Shown here: one piece after another, positions 26,117-35,991 of the stretch
How positions within the stretch are numbered: the stretch's first letter is position 1
How the letters are laid out: every line of letters begins with the position of its first letter
Source of the DNA: Candidatus Latescibacterota bacterium
Lineage (GTDB): Bacteria; Latescibacterota; UBA2968; UBA8231
Length of the DNA stretch: 64,000 nucleotides
Assembly: GCA_965248355.1 (NCBI GenBank)
Contig: OZ252098.1
Span: forward strand, 2,144,001-2,208,000
Direction of reading: 5' to 3'
The notes under the pieces: model-generated
The model's input: only the letters and a program-made list of their open reading frames with translations
What the model was told of the DNA's origin: nothing
Database searches by the model: none
Program-made: the position numbers and the translations under genes

Positions 26117-27652
26117 CTAAGGGGCAAGCTGCGCCAGGCGCGCCTCGATCGCTGCGAGCTGGCGGGCATCTCCCCGCCAGTGGGCCACCGCCGATCGATA
26201 GGCCCGCCCGGCCGCATCCGCGTTCCCCAGCTTCTCGCAGGCGTCGCCCAGGGCGAGGTAGGCCCTCGCGTTGGTCGAATCCAGCCGCAGTGCGGCCTGC
26301 AACATCTCGATCGCCTGGTCGTAGTCCCGCTGGCGGAGGTAGCACTGTCCGAGGCTCAGGCGGGCATCGACCCAATCCGGCCGGTGGCGGATCGCTGCCC
26401 TGTAGGACTGCCCGGCCTCGCCCAGGCGCCCCTGAAGCAGCCCCAAATTGCCCAGGGCGTGGTGCGCCTTGGCAAAGGTCGTGTCTACTTGCAGGGCCCG
26501 CTCGAAGGCCTGACGGGCCTGGTCCAGGCGCCCGTTCCGGACGGCGATGTAGCCGATGGTGAAATGGGCCCCGCGGGCCTCGCGCTGGCCCGGGGCCCGG
26601 GCGATCACCTGGCGGGCCAGCGCCGCCGCCTCGTCCAGGTCGCCCTGATTCAGGCAGGCATGGCTCAACCCCGCCAGGCCCCCGACATGCCCGGGCTCGC
26701 GCTCCAGGACCGCCCGGTACATTCCGATGGCCTCCTCCCACCGTCCGAGCTCGACGTAGGAGCGCCCCGCCGCCAGATAGGAGTCCAGGTCGCCGGCGGC
26801 CCTGCTCACCTGCTTCTCCAGGACGCGCGCCTGAGCGGCCCTCCGGTTCAGCTCGGCAAAGCGGTCGAGCAGTATCCGGGCCTTTTCCACGCGTCCCTGG
26901 GCGGAGTGGAGGTTGGCCAGGCTGTGGTATGCCTCGGGATAGTCCGGGTCGATCTCGCGAGCCCGGCGCAGCATTTCCCCGGCCTCCTCGTAGCGCTCCG
27001 CGTAGGTGTAGAGCACGCCGAGTTCCCGGTGGGCCTCCTTGCCGCCGGGATCGAACCTGACAGCGCGGGTCAGCATCTCCTCGGATTCTGCCAGCCGCCC
27101 CTGCAGCCGGAGGAGCCGGCCCAGGGTCCACAGCGCCCCGGCATCGGCCGAGTCCGCCGCCACGGCCCGCACCAGGGCCGCCTCGGCCCGCTCGTACGCC
27201 CCCTGCTCCTGGTGCAGACCGGCCAGGAGACGGTACGAGGGAGCCGTGCCCGGATCGATGCGCACGGCCTCTTCCAGCAGGGCGACCGCCTCCCGCTGGC
27301 GTCCCGCCTCTCCGTAGGCCACGGCCAGATTGTGGTAGGCGAGAACGAGGCTGGAATCCAGGCGAATGGCGGCCAGGTACGCGGTCTCGGCCGAATCCCT
27401 GCGGCCCAGCTTCATGTAGGCCGTGGCCAGATGGCAGTGGGCTTCCGCAGAGAGGGAGTCCAGGGCCACGGCCTGCTGATACGCGGCCAGCGCGTCGCGG
27501 TACCGGGCCTGGCGGAAATAGGTGTTCCCGAGCGTGCGGAGCCGGTCTCTCTCCGGGTCCGGCGCCGGCGATTCGGGTGCCCGGCACGCGCCCAGCCAGA
27601 TCGTCATCAGGGCAACGGCGGTGCGGCGGACCGGAACTGCGTACGAATGCAT
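26117..27652 (-). CDS. TPR-repeat lipoprotein
   Basis: ATG 27652, lipobox LGAC; many TPR units (AHCHLATAY, AYHNLAVAY, AYHSLANLH, AHHALGNL). Confidence 0.85.
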   Translation of the reverse strand: MHSYAVPVRRTAVALMTIWLGACRAPESPAPDPERDRLRTLGNTYFRQARYRDALAAYQQAVALDSLSAEAHCHLATAYMKLGRRDSAETAYLAAIRLDSSLVLAYHNLAVAYGEAGRQREAVALLEEAVRIDPGTAPSYRLLAGLHQEQGAYERAEAALVRAVAADSADAGALWTLGRLLRLQGRLAESEEMLTRAVRFDPGGKEAHRELGVLYTYAERYEEAGEMLRRAREIDPDYPEAYHSLANLHSAQGRVEKARILLDRFAELNRRAAQARVLEKQVSRAAGDLDSYLAAGRSYVELGRWEEAIGMYRAVLEREPGHVGGLAGLSHACLNQGDLDEAAALARQVIARAPGQREARGAHFTIGYIAVRNGRLDQARQAFERALQVDTTFAKAHHALGNLGLLQGRLGEAGQSYRAAIRHRPDWVDARLSLGQCYLRQRDYDQAIEMLQAALRLDSTNARAYLALGDACEKLGNADAAGRAYRSAVAHWRGDARQLAAIEARLAQLAP

Positions 27653-27774
27653 CGCGCAGTCTTCCGTTGAACCACGGGGTCTCACCGGGGCGCCGCGGCG
27701 GCTGCCCGCAGGGCCGTTTCGGAGGTCGCTGCAGAGCCCGCGGATTGGATGGCGCGCCCGGCGCCGATCTCCTG

Positions 27775-27802
27775 TAGTATAGGTCTGATAGTATAGGTCT
27801 GA
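27775..27802. repeat. Perfect tandem 14-bp direct repeat in a divergent intergenic region
   Basis: TAGTATAGGTCTGA twice (27775-27788, 27789-27802). Confidence 0.9.
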
Positions 27803-27859
27803 GCGCCCGCGCCGGGCCTGGCTCAACCGGAACCAGCGAACCCGGGGACCTGAAGCGGC

Positions 27860-28741
27860 ATGGCCGCGACGATCGGACTGAGGGGCGGCTCCTTCAGGGG
27901 CCTCCTCCTCGACAACGAGGCGAACGCCGACCGCCAGGGAAGCGGCTTCACCCCCCTGTGCCATCTGACCCACCCGGACCACAACCTCTTCCGGGACGAC
28001 GCCGTCGGCCTCAACTTCGAGCACGTCATGAACGGCGCGGCGGCCGACGACCCCCGCTCGATGTTCACCCCCCGGAAGGACCGCTGCCTCCTCCTGCCCC
28101 ACTCTCCCTGCGAGGCGTCGGTCCGCCACCCGGCCGCCGACTCCTCCTGGGGGATCGAGAGCGCGATGCGCTACCGCCTCGGGCCGGACTGCGTCGACAT
28201 GGAGTTCACCGCCCGCCTGACCGACGCACGATGCGCCCCGCTCGGATACGTCGCCTTCATGTGGGCCTCCTACATGAACCGCACCCGCGGCCGGGCGATC
28301 CACTTCTACGGGACCTGCGAAGGCGAGGAAGGCTGGCTCCGCTTCGGCGAAGACCTTCCGGACGGCCGCTTCGAGACCGGCACCGTCGCCCACGCCTCGG
28401 TCGATCCCCTCCCGTACGAAGAAGGGGCCGAAACCCTCAACATCGTCGAAGATCCCCGCAAGCGCTTCCTCCTGCCGTTCTACTACGGCTTGGCGAAGGA
28501 CCGGATGGTCTACGCGATGATGTTCGATCGGGAGGCGCCGATCCGCTTCGCCCTGTGGAACTTCATCCGGGACGAGAGCGGACGGCCGGACCCGCACAGC
28601 CCGGCCTGGGACTGGCAGTATGTCATCCGCGACCCGGAGATCGGCCGGACCTACGGTTACCGGGCGCGGCTGCTGTACCGGCCGTTCGTCGATCGGGAAG
28701 CGGTGCGGCGGGCGTATGAGGAGTGGGCGGCCGAACTATAG
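27860..28741 (+). CDS. Hypothetical protein (possible aldose-epimerase-like beta-sandwich)
   Basis: 293 aa with coding-like codon usage; GLNFEH, FMWASYMN, PFYYG, PAWDWQY motifs; fold is a guess. Confidence 0.65.
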   Translation: MAATIGLRGGSFRGLLLDNEANADRQGSGFTPLCHLTHPDHNLFRDDAVGLNFEHVMNGAAADDPRSMFTPRKDRCLLLPHSPCEASVRHPAADSSWGIESAMRYRLGPDCVDMEFTARLTDARCAPLGYVAFMWASYMNRTRGRAIHFYGTCEGEEGWLRFGEDLPDGRFETGTVAHASVDPLPYEEGAETLNIVEDPRKRFLLPFYYGLAKDRMVYAMMFDREAPIRFALWNFIRDESGRPDPHSPAWDWQYVIRDPEIGRTYGYRARLLYRPFVDREAVRRAYEEWAAEL

Positions 28742-28799
28742 CGCGGGTGGCCGCCAGGCAGGTCCGCCAGCTCGTCCAGCAGCGGGTCCTTGGCAGGCG

Positions 28800-30686
28800 T
28801 CACCAAGGCGGGGCCAGACTCGGCTCGTGGACGAAGCGCTTCATTCCCAGCACCAGTCGGGCCTGGGTGCGCGGCGGCAGAGCCACCTCGAGCGTCCTGC
28901 CGTTCACCGGAACGCGCCGGGACGCCCCGTCGACCTCGACCTCGGTGAACTCGTGCTCCCCCATGCCCCCCGCCTGGATCAGCACCTCCCGGCGCTCCGT
29001 CGGGCTCAGGTTCACCGCGGTCAGCTCGACCCGGTCGCCGGTCAGCCCCGACACGAGGGCGGCCACGTCGGGCGGAAGCCCCGGACGACGGCGTTGACGG
29101 TCGAAGTGACGCAGTCGCGTGACCAGCAAGCCGCCATTGTAGTGCGGCAGAGGGGAGCCCATGGTGAGCTGCACCAGGCCTTCGCAGGTAACCGGATTCC
29201 GCTGCTGGAAATAGGCGTCGCCATAGCTGGCCGGGTCCTGCTCGTCCTGCGCCATGAAGTCGAGGCGCGCCTGCACCTGGTCCAGATTGTGTTGCAGGAT
29301 CCGCTCCGGATACTCGGGGAACTCACCGTGCAGGTAGGCCATCCAGCCCCAGTCGTGCCCGCCCTGATCCTTGGTGTGGTGCCACGAGTTGACGGCGAAG
29401 GGATCACCCGACCGCTTGCGGGTCCGCTCGAACCGCCGCGAGTCGGACCGGTCCATCGACATGCACCACAGGTGGGCGATGTCGGACGGGTACATGGGCA
29501 TGAACTCGAACCAGCCGTCCTCCTGCAGGGCGGTGCCGTCCTCCTTCCGGATCACGTACCACATCCACTCGCCCGGAGCGTAGTCGACGCGCCCGGGATC
29601 GTCGTACTTGTGGGGCACGTAGAGCTGATCGTCGCGCTCGATCCCGCGGGAAAGGAGGACGTCGATCTGCGACCGCGGAAACTCCATGTACTCCAGCCGG
29701 CGCGTCAGCAGGGCGCAGTTCTGGGCTGCCACCCCCACGGCCTGCCCCACGCTGTGCCAACCGTGGGGCCAGGCCCAGCCGTAGCTCGACCCGTACCACT
29801 TGCCGTTGGTGTGTTCACCCACGACGCCGGAAAGGCCGACGTTGTCGGGCACGATGCCGCCGTTCGCCGCGGCGCGCTCCATCCATGCCTCGGTGTACTC
29901 CAGGACCCAGTCGCGGTACTTCCCGTCCGCCGTCAGCAGGTAGGCGTTGGCCCCCAGGGTGGTCGCCAGGAGGTTGACCACGGCGTCGCCGCGGCCCATG
30001 CGATCGCGCATGGCCCGGCCCAGCCGCTCGGACAACTCGGGATGGGCCAGCACCGCCTCGTGGCTGGTGCATCCCGGCACGTCGTAGAAGGGCAGGTTGT
30101 ACCCCTCGTAGGGCCAGTGCGGACCTTCCTCGAAGGCCCGGTAGGCCGGCCCCTTGCTGCCGTTTCTCGCGCACCGGATGATCCGGTGTTCCGGGTCGTA
30201 GTTGGGCGCCTCCGGATCCTGGCCGAGGAACAGCCCGGCGAAGCGCCGGGCCCGCTCGATGTTGGCCCCGTTGGTCGGATCGGCCATGCAGAGCATGTAG
30301 AACAGGTAGTTGCCCTCGCCCTGATGGAACCAGTCGTAGCCCGGCTGGTATTCCCGCACGACCATGGGGTAGCCGTGTCCCGTGCCATGCCGGCTCATCT
30401 GCTCGTTGATGACGTCGAACTCCCGCTGGGCGTCGGCCAGGAAGCGGTCGCCGCCGCCGAGAAGGTAGAAGAGCGGCCAGTTGTGGAAGCTCTCGTAGCA
30501 GTCGTCCAGCGCGTCGATGCTCTGGAAGTCGGGACTCGGCGGCCAGAGCAGGCGCCCGTCCGGATGGGTGTATCTCTCGAGCGCCCGCGGAGCGGCGTCC
30601 TCGATTGCGTCGAACAGCCGGCGCTGAAGCACGGCCCACTTCGGTGGTGTCCGGGCCGACTCGCGCGCCTCCAGAAAGACTGCCAT
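28800..30686 (-). CDS. Conserved hypothetical protein (possible alpha/alpha-toroid glycoside hydrolase/lyase-like)
   Basis: AAGGAG RBS, ATG 30686; DDCYESFHNWPLFYLLGG, YDWFHQGEG, IVPDNVG, RRPGLPPDVAALV. Confidence 0.75.
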   Translation of the reverse strand: MAVFLEARESARTPPKWAVLQRRLFDAIEDAAPRALERYTHPDGRLLWPPSPDFQSIDALDDCYESFHNWPLFYLLGGGDRFLADAQREFDVINEQMSRHGTGHGYPMVVREYQPGYDWFHQGEGNYLFYMLCMADPTNGANIERARRFAGLFLGQDPEAPNYDPEHRIIRCARNGSKGPAYRAFEEGPHWPYEGYNLPFYDVPGCTSHEAVLAHPELSERLGRAMRDRMGRGDAVVNLLATTLGANAYLLTADGKYRDWVLEYTEAWMERAAANGGIVPDNVGLSGVVGEHTNGKWYGSSYGWAWPHGWHSVGQAVGVAAQNCALLTRRLEYMEFPRSQIDVLLSRGIERDDQLYVPHKYDDPGRVDYAPGEWMWYVIRKEDGTALQEDGWFEFMPMYPSDIAHLWCMSMDRSDSRRFERTRKRSGDPFAVNSWHHTKDQGGHDWGWMAYLHGEFPEYPERILQHNLDQVQARLDFMAQDEQDPASYGDAYFQQRNPVTCEGLVQLTMGSPLPHYNGGLLVTRLRHFDRQRRRPGLPPDVAALVSGLTGDRVELTAVNLSPTERREVLIQAGGMGEHEFTEVEVDGASRRVPVNGRTLEVALPPRTQARLVLGMKRFVHEPSLAPPW

Positions 30687-30709
30687 GTATGCTCCTTCGG
30701 TCTCATCCC

Positions 30710-32461
30710 TCAGGGGCCGGGGCGTCCCACCTCGCCCTCGACCAGCGTGAGGAACCGATCGGGTCTCAGACCCGCCAGACGCTCGACCTCGCCGCCGGGC
30801 CAGTGGATCCGCAGCGAGTCGACCCGCGTCCGGGCGCCCAGCCCGAAGCTCACCCGCAGGTCCCGCTGCGACAGATAGCTGAAGCTCCCCCGGACCTCCT
30901 TCACCTGGTAGAGGCCGCCCGCCCACACCTCGATCCGCGCCCCGATGCCGTCCCGGTTGCCGGGCCCGCCGCGGGTGGAGATGGTGAGCCAGTGGCGCGA
31001 GTTCCCCCCCTCGTTGCGCAGCAGGGCGGCCGACTGCCCGCTGTTTGTGACCACGATGTCCGTGTCGCCGTCGTTGTCGTAATCACCCACGGCGCAGCCG
31101 CGGCTGACCCGCGCCCGGGCCAGGGCCGGCCCCGCCCGGGAAGAGATGTCCCGGAACCGGAACCGGCCGCGGTCGTCGGGGCCCTGGTTCCGCAGCAGTT
31201 GGTTCGGCTGGGCATAGCTGCCGGACTCGTAGAACGCGGAGGCGTTGTCGAGCACGTGGCCATTGGCGACGAACAGGTCCTGGTAGCCGTCGTTGTCGTA
31301 GTCGACGAAGCCGATGCCGAAGGAGAGGTAGCGCAGGCTGACCAGACCGACACCCGCGGGGAAAGAGGCGTGGGGGAAGAACCCGGCGCCCCGGTTATGG
31401 TAGAGGCTGTTGGGCTCGTTCTCGAAATTGGTGACCACCAGGTCCACGTGGCCGTCGTTGTCGTAGTCGGCGGCGTCGACCCCCATTCCCGCCTCCTGCT
31501 GGCCGTCCTGGCCGTAGGCCACGCCGGCCAACTCGCCGATCTCGGTGAAGCGACCGTCGCCCTCGTTGTGGTAGAGGAAGTTGGGCACGGCGTCATTGGC
31601 CACGTAGAGGTCGCTCCAGCCGTCGTTGTCGTAGTCGGTGGCCACCACGCCCAGCCCCCGCCCGGCCGCGGCCGAGGTGTCCACCAGCCCGGCCAGCCGA
31701 TTCACGGCGCGGAAACGGCCGTCGCCCTCGTTGCGGTACAGGTGGTCCTCGGCGCCGGGGAAGTTCCGCGGATGGGGGTATGCTTCGATGCCTTCTTCCG
31801 GGCCGCTCCGTGAGGTGGCCAGGTAGGCTTCCAGATCCTTCCCGGCGTCGGCCAGGTCGTAGTGGACGTAGTTGGCCACGTACAGGTCGAGGTCTCCGTC
31901 GTTGTCGTAGTCGATGAAAGTGCTGCCCGTGCTCCAGGTGGTGTCCGCCACCGAGGCCTCGGTGACATCGCGGTACCGCCCATCGCCCTCGTTGCGGTAC
32001 ATGACATTGGCGCCGTAGTTGGTCAGGTACAGGTCCGCGTCGCCGTCGTTGTCGTAGTCGGCAAAGGCGCATCCCATGCCATGGCCCGGGTCGTCCACGC
32101 CAGCGTCCCGCGCCGCCTCCACGAAGCGGCCGCCCTCGTTGCGAAACAGCGCATTGACTGGTCCCGGCGAGCCTTTGTACCCTGGGAATGCGGCGCCGTT
32201 GACGAAGTATATGTCCAGGTCCTGGTCGCCGTCGAAGTCGACGAAACCAACCCCGGAACCCATGGTCTCCGGGAAGTAGCGCCGGCCGCTCGCCCCGGTG
32301 ACGTGCCGGAAGTCGACCCCGACCGGCCCGGCCACGTCGACGTACTCGACCGCGGGAAGAGGAGGGGGTTGAGCGGCCCCTCCAGCGGGTGGGCCCAGGC
32401 CCAGCACGGCCGCTATCCCCGCGCCGCTCAGGGCGCCCAGTGGTCGGCGCACGGGCTCCAT
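30710..32461 (-). CDS. CRTAC1-family protein (FG-GAP repeats + ASPIC/UnbV)
   Basis: Signal peptide; ETMGSG, repeated DYDNDG, AGMGVD, NRDGIGARIEV, SYLSQ..FGLG. Confidence 0.92.
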   Translation of the reverse strand: MEPVRRPLGALSGAGIAAVLGLGPPAGGAAQPPPLPAVEYVDVAGPVGVDFRHVTGASGRRYFPETMGSGVGFVDFDGDQDLDIYFVNGAAFPGYKGSPGPVNALFRNEGGRFVEAARDAGVDDPGHGMGCAFADYDNDGDADLYLTNYGANVMYRNEGDGRYRDVTEASVADTTWSTGSTFIDYDNDGDLDLYVANYVHYDLADAGKDLEAYLATSRSGPEEGIEAYPHPRNFPGAEDHLYRNEGDGRFRAVNRLAGLVDTSAAAGRGLGVVATDYDNDGWSDLYVANDAVPNFLYHNEGDGRFTEIGELAGVAYGQDGQQEAGMGVDAADYDNDGHVDLVVTNFENEPNSLYHNRGAGFFPHASFPAGVGLVSLRYLSFGIGFVDYDNDGYQDLFVANGHVLDNASAFYESGSYAQPNQLLRNQGPDDRGRFRFRDISSRAGPALARARVSRGCAVGDYDNDGDTDIVVTNSGQSAALLRNEGGNSRHWLTISTRGGPGNRDGIGARIEVWAGGLYQVKEVRGSFSYLSQRDLRVSFGLGARTRVDSLRIHWPGGEVERLAGLRPDRFLTLVEGEVGRPGP

Positions 32462-32494
32462 CCTGAACAAGATACACAGCCCGAGGAGAGTGAC

Positions 32495-34753
32495 ATGACA
32501 GAGCTCGATGACGGCAGACCGTTCGCCACCCTCGAAGGCGCCCGCGACGCGGTCCGGGAACTGAAGGCGGCCGCCGGCCTGCCTGCCGGCGGCCTGAGGG
32601 TCCGGGTGCGCGGCGGGGTTCACGCCCTGGCGCGCGGCGTGCGCTTCGGCCCGGAGGACTCGGGCACGGCCGCGGCCCCCATCGTGTATGGCCCTGCCGA
32701 GGGCGGGACGGTGCGCCTCCTGGGCGGCCGGCAGCTCGACCCGGCGGCGTGGACGCCGGTGATCGATCCCGCGGTCCGGGCCCGTCTGGCCGGGGCGGCC
32801 AAGGAGCACGTCGTGCAGAGCGATCTGGCCGCCCAGGGCGTGACCGACCTCGGCGCTTTCGTCTCGCGCGGGTTCGGCCGCGAAACGGCACCGGCCCATC
32901 TGGAGCTGTTCTTCGATGATCTGCCCATGACCGTGGCCCAGTGGCCCGATGCCGGGCAGTTCGCCGAGATCACCGGCTTCACCAAGCCCATGTCCAACGC
33001 GTGGGGCCAGGAAGCGGGGGACCTGACGGGCGGGTTCACCTACGACGGGGACCGGCCGAGTCGCTGGGCGCCGGCCGACGACATCTGGGTCCACGGGTAC
33101 TGGGCCTATGACTGGGCCAACTCCTACGAGCGGGTCAGCCGTCTCGATCCCGGGGACCGCCTGGTGGAGACCGCCCCGCCCCACGGCAACCACCACTTCA
33201 CCCCGGGGCAGCGGTTCTACTTCCTCAATGTCCTGGAGGAGCTCGACCAGCCCGGCGAGTACTACGTGGACCGGACCAGGGGCATCCTCTGCTTCTGGCC
33301 TCCGGGCGACCTGTCCGGGGCGGAGACCGTGGTATCGGTCGTGAGCGAGCCGCTGCTGGCGCTGCAGGACGTCAGCCACGTGGAATTCCGCGGCCTGACC
33401 GTGGAGGCGGGCCGCGGCAGCGGCATCGAGGCCGAGGGCGGCGAGGGACTGCGCATCACGGGCTGCACGATTCGCAACTGCGGCACCTGGGCCGTGCGGA
33501 TCGAGGGCGGAACCAACCACACGGTGGCCGGATGCGACATCTACGGCAGCGGCGACGGCGGCGTCAGCGTCAACGGCGGCGATCGCCCCGGTCTGACTCC
33601 CTGCAACCACGCCGTCGTCAACAACCACATCCACCACTTTGCGCGCTGGAGCCGGTGCTATGTCGCCGGCATCGGGGCTGGCGGGGTCGGCATGCGCTTC
33701 GCCCACAACCTGATCCACGACGCGCCGCACAATGCCATCCTGTTCTGGGGCAACGACTTCCTGATCGAGAACAACGAGATCTACCGGGTCTGCCTGGAGA
33801 CCGGCGACGCCGGGGCCATCTACACCGGCCGCGACTTCACCTACCGGGGCAACGTCATCCGCCGCAACTTCATCCACCACATGGGCGGCGTCGGCATGGG
33901 CACCATGGCCATCTACATGGATGACTGCGTCAGCGGCACCCACATAGCAGAGAATACGCTCTGGCGCTGCCAGACCGCCGTGGTGCTGGGCGGCGGCCGC
34001 GACTTCGCCGTCGAGCAGAACGTCTTCGTGGAGTGTCGTCTCGCCATCGGCGCCGACGCCCGCGGGATAGACACCAATCCGGTCTGGCAGAACAACATCA
34101 AGGGACTGCGGGAAAGCCTCGAGGCGATGCGCTACGACGAGCCCCCCTACAGCGTCCGCTATCCCGAGATCGCGGGGGTCGACCCGCACTATGCGGCGGG
34201 GAAGGGTGTGCCTCCGGAGCACAACCGGGTCGAGGGCAACGTCTGTTGGCACTCCCCCTGGATCGGCGAGCCCTGGCCGGCCGGGGCGGACAACGGCATT
34301 ACCGAGAAGGACAACCTGGTCGGGGACCCGGGATTCACGGACGAGGCCTTCGGGGTGCTGACCCTCGGCCCGGGGTCGCCGGCGCGGCGCCTGGGGTGCG
34401 GCGCGATTCCCCTCGACGAGATCGGCCTGGTCCGGGACGCCACCCGAGCCGCCGTGCCGCCGCGCGTGCGTACCGCCCTGGAACCGGGGCCGCCGCGGGG
34501 GGCCGGCGAGCCGGCCGGGCTGCGCCTGCGGTTGCGCAACGACGGCGCCGACCCGGCCCGGGGCACGGTCGTGGTGGAGACGAGCACCTCGGCCGACCCA
34601 ACCTCGACCGCCAGTGAGCGCTTCGATTACGCACTGGCTCCAGGCGAAGTCCTGGTCCGCGACCTGACCATCGACGCGTCCGGCGGCCGGACGGTGCGGA
34701 TCCACTCACCGGACAGCCGCCTGCAGCCGGGGCAGCTGGTCGTTGCCGAGTGA
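32495..34753 (+). CDS. Right-handed parallel beta-helix repeat protein (pectin-lyase-like fold)
   Basis: GAGGAG RBS, ATG 32495; PFATLEGARDAVR, ELDQPGEYY, HNLIHDAPH, ETGDAGAIY, IYMDD. Confidence 0.88.
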   Translation: MTELDDGRPFATLEGARDAVRELKAAAGLPAGGLRVRVRGGVHALARGVRFGPEDSGTAAAPIVYGPAEGGTVRLLGGRQLDPAAWTPVIDPAVRARLAGAAKEHVVQSDLAAQGVTDLGAFVSRGFGRETAPAHLELFFDDLPMTVAQWPDAGQFAEITGFTKPMSNAWGQEAGDLTGGFTYDGDRPSRWAPADDIWVHGYWAYDWANSYERVSRLDPGDRLVETAPPHGNHHFTPGQRFYFLNVLEELDQPGEYYVDRTRGILCFWPPGDLSGAETVVSVVSEPLLALQDVSHVEFRGLTVEAGRGSGIEAEGGEGLRITGCTIRNCGTWAVRIEGGTNHTVAGCDIYGSGDGGVSVNGGDRPGLTPCNHAVVNNHIHHFARWSRCYVAGIGAGGVGMRFAHNLIHDAPHNAILFWGNDFLIENNEIYRVCLETGDAGAIYTGRDFTYRGNVIRRNFIHHMGGVGMGTMAIYMDDCVSGTHIAENTLWRCQTAVVLGGGRDFAVEQNVFVECRLAIGADARGIDTNPVWQNNIKGLRESLEAMRYDEPPYSVRYPEIAGVDPHYAAGKGVPPEHNRVEGNVCWHSPWIGEPWPAGADNGITEKDNLVGDPGFTDEAFGVLTLGPGSPARRLGCGAIPLDEIGLVRDATRAAVPPRVRTALEPGPPRGAGEPAGLRLRLRNDGADPARGTVVVETSTSADPTSTASERFDYALAPGEVLVRDLTIDASGGRTVRIHSPDSRLQPGQLVVAE

Positions 34754-35919
34754 AGGCCATGACGGATCGCGCGGGAAAAACCGCCCGCATCTTTTTTTCG
34801 TCGCAGGGCCGGACGGCGATGATGAACGCCGACGGCAGCGGCCTGCGGCACTTCGACTTCGACGTGCCGGACCAGGCGACCTGGCAGGTCTGTGGATTCT
34901 TCGCGGACGGCAGGGTCCTGTTTCTCAGCATGGAGCCCCGGCACGATGGACCGGGCCGGCCCTTCGAGGAGTACTACCACAGGACGCCCACGCACATCTG
35001 GATCTACGATCCGGAGCGGGACTCGCTGGAGGAGATCGCCACCCGCGAGCGTCTGGCCGTCTTCACGACGCCGCAGCTTCTGCTGAAGGACGGTCGCATG
35101 CTTGTGCAGGTCATCCGCGAGGACAAGACGGCCCAGACCTTCAGCGTGAACCTGGACGGCACGGATGCGCGCGAGGTGACGCGGGCGGACGAGGGCCTGC
35201 CGTACGGGCTCAGTCTCAGTCCGGACGGCCGCCGGCTGGCCTTCCACCTGGCCGGTCGATCCGGGTACCGGATATGGACCAGCGACGTGGATGGCGGGAA
35301 CCGCATCCTGGTGGCCGCCCACGAAGAGTACCTCTACTTCGGCCCGAGCTGGTCCCCGGACGGCGACTGGCTGGCGTACCAGGGCTGCCTCTACCGGCAG
35401 GACCCCGGGCACGACTGGTCCGACCTGTTCATCGGCCGCCCGGACGGCTCCGGGCAGCGAAGGCTGACGGAGGGGCAGGCGCTGTGGTTCGGGGCGACCT
35501 ACGGCTCTCCCGAGACCCGGGGGGGCGGTTCCAACATGCCCGTCTGGTCACGGGACGGGGGGATTCTGGTTTCGCACCGGCTGCCCGGTTCGAAGGTCGC
35601 CTGGGAGTACCAGCCGCAGCGTCCGGACACGGACCACTTCAACCGCGATTTCAAGCCGGATCTGGCCCGGGGCGGCACCGGGATCTGCCGGGTCGATCCG
35701 GGCGACGGCGCGATTGCGCGGCTCACCGGCTCGACCCCGCCGGTCTGGGACTTCCGGCAGAGCGAGTCTCCCGACGGCCGGCAGATGGTCTTCTGCCGGG
35801 CGGAAACCGGAGCGCCGCCGGCCCTCTGGGCGGCGGACGCGGACGGGCGGAATCAGCGGCTGCTCACCCGGGGAACAGACGGGCGGGGCGCGGATCACCC
35901 GCGGTGGGTGGAGCGCTGA
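34750..35919 (+). CDS. TolB-like/PD40 beta-propeller protein
   Basis: Repeated SPDG motifs (LSPDGRRLAF, WSPDGDWLAY, SPDGRQMVF); GTGA overlap with the upstream gene. Confidence 0.82.
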   Translation: MKAMTDRAGKTARIFFSSQGRTAMMNADGSGLRHFDFDVPDQATWQVCGFFADGRVLFLSMEPRHDGPGRPFEEYYHRTPTHIWIYDPERDSLEEIATRERLAVFTTPQLLLKDGRMLVQVIREDKTAQTFSVNLDGTDAREVTRADEGLPYGLSLSPDGRRLAFHLAGRSGYRIWTSDVDGGNRILVAAHEEYLYFGPSWSPDGDWLAYQGCLYRQDPGHDWSDLFIGRPDGSGQRRLTEGQALWFGATYGSPETRGGGSNMPVWSRDGGILVSHRLPGSKVAWEYQPQRPDTDHFNRDFKPDLARGGTGICRVDPGDGAIARLTGSTPPVWDFRQSESPDGRQMVFCRAETGAPPALWAADADGRNQRLLTRGTDGRGADHPRWVER

Positions 35920-35991
35920 GGGGCGTGGCGCCGGCGGCGAAGCTCAGGCGCCGCGACGAGCTCGACGAATTCAGATAGGGAGGGAGGGAGA

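Noticed and set aside
31060..32240. Recurrent GCCGTCGTTGTCGTAGTC-like sequence resembling a spaced repeat array
   Set aside because: It encodes DYDNDG FG-GAP repeats inside CRTAC1; spacing is irregular and too long for CRISPR.
30710..34705. Apparent 1331-aa CRTAC1 fusion, and similar long N-terminal extensions (40648..44301, 26117..28597, 18000..20810, 50970..53516, 45097..46593)
   Set aside because: The extensions overlap other genuine genes; true starts with RBS, signal peptides or stop-start overlaps lie downstream.
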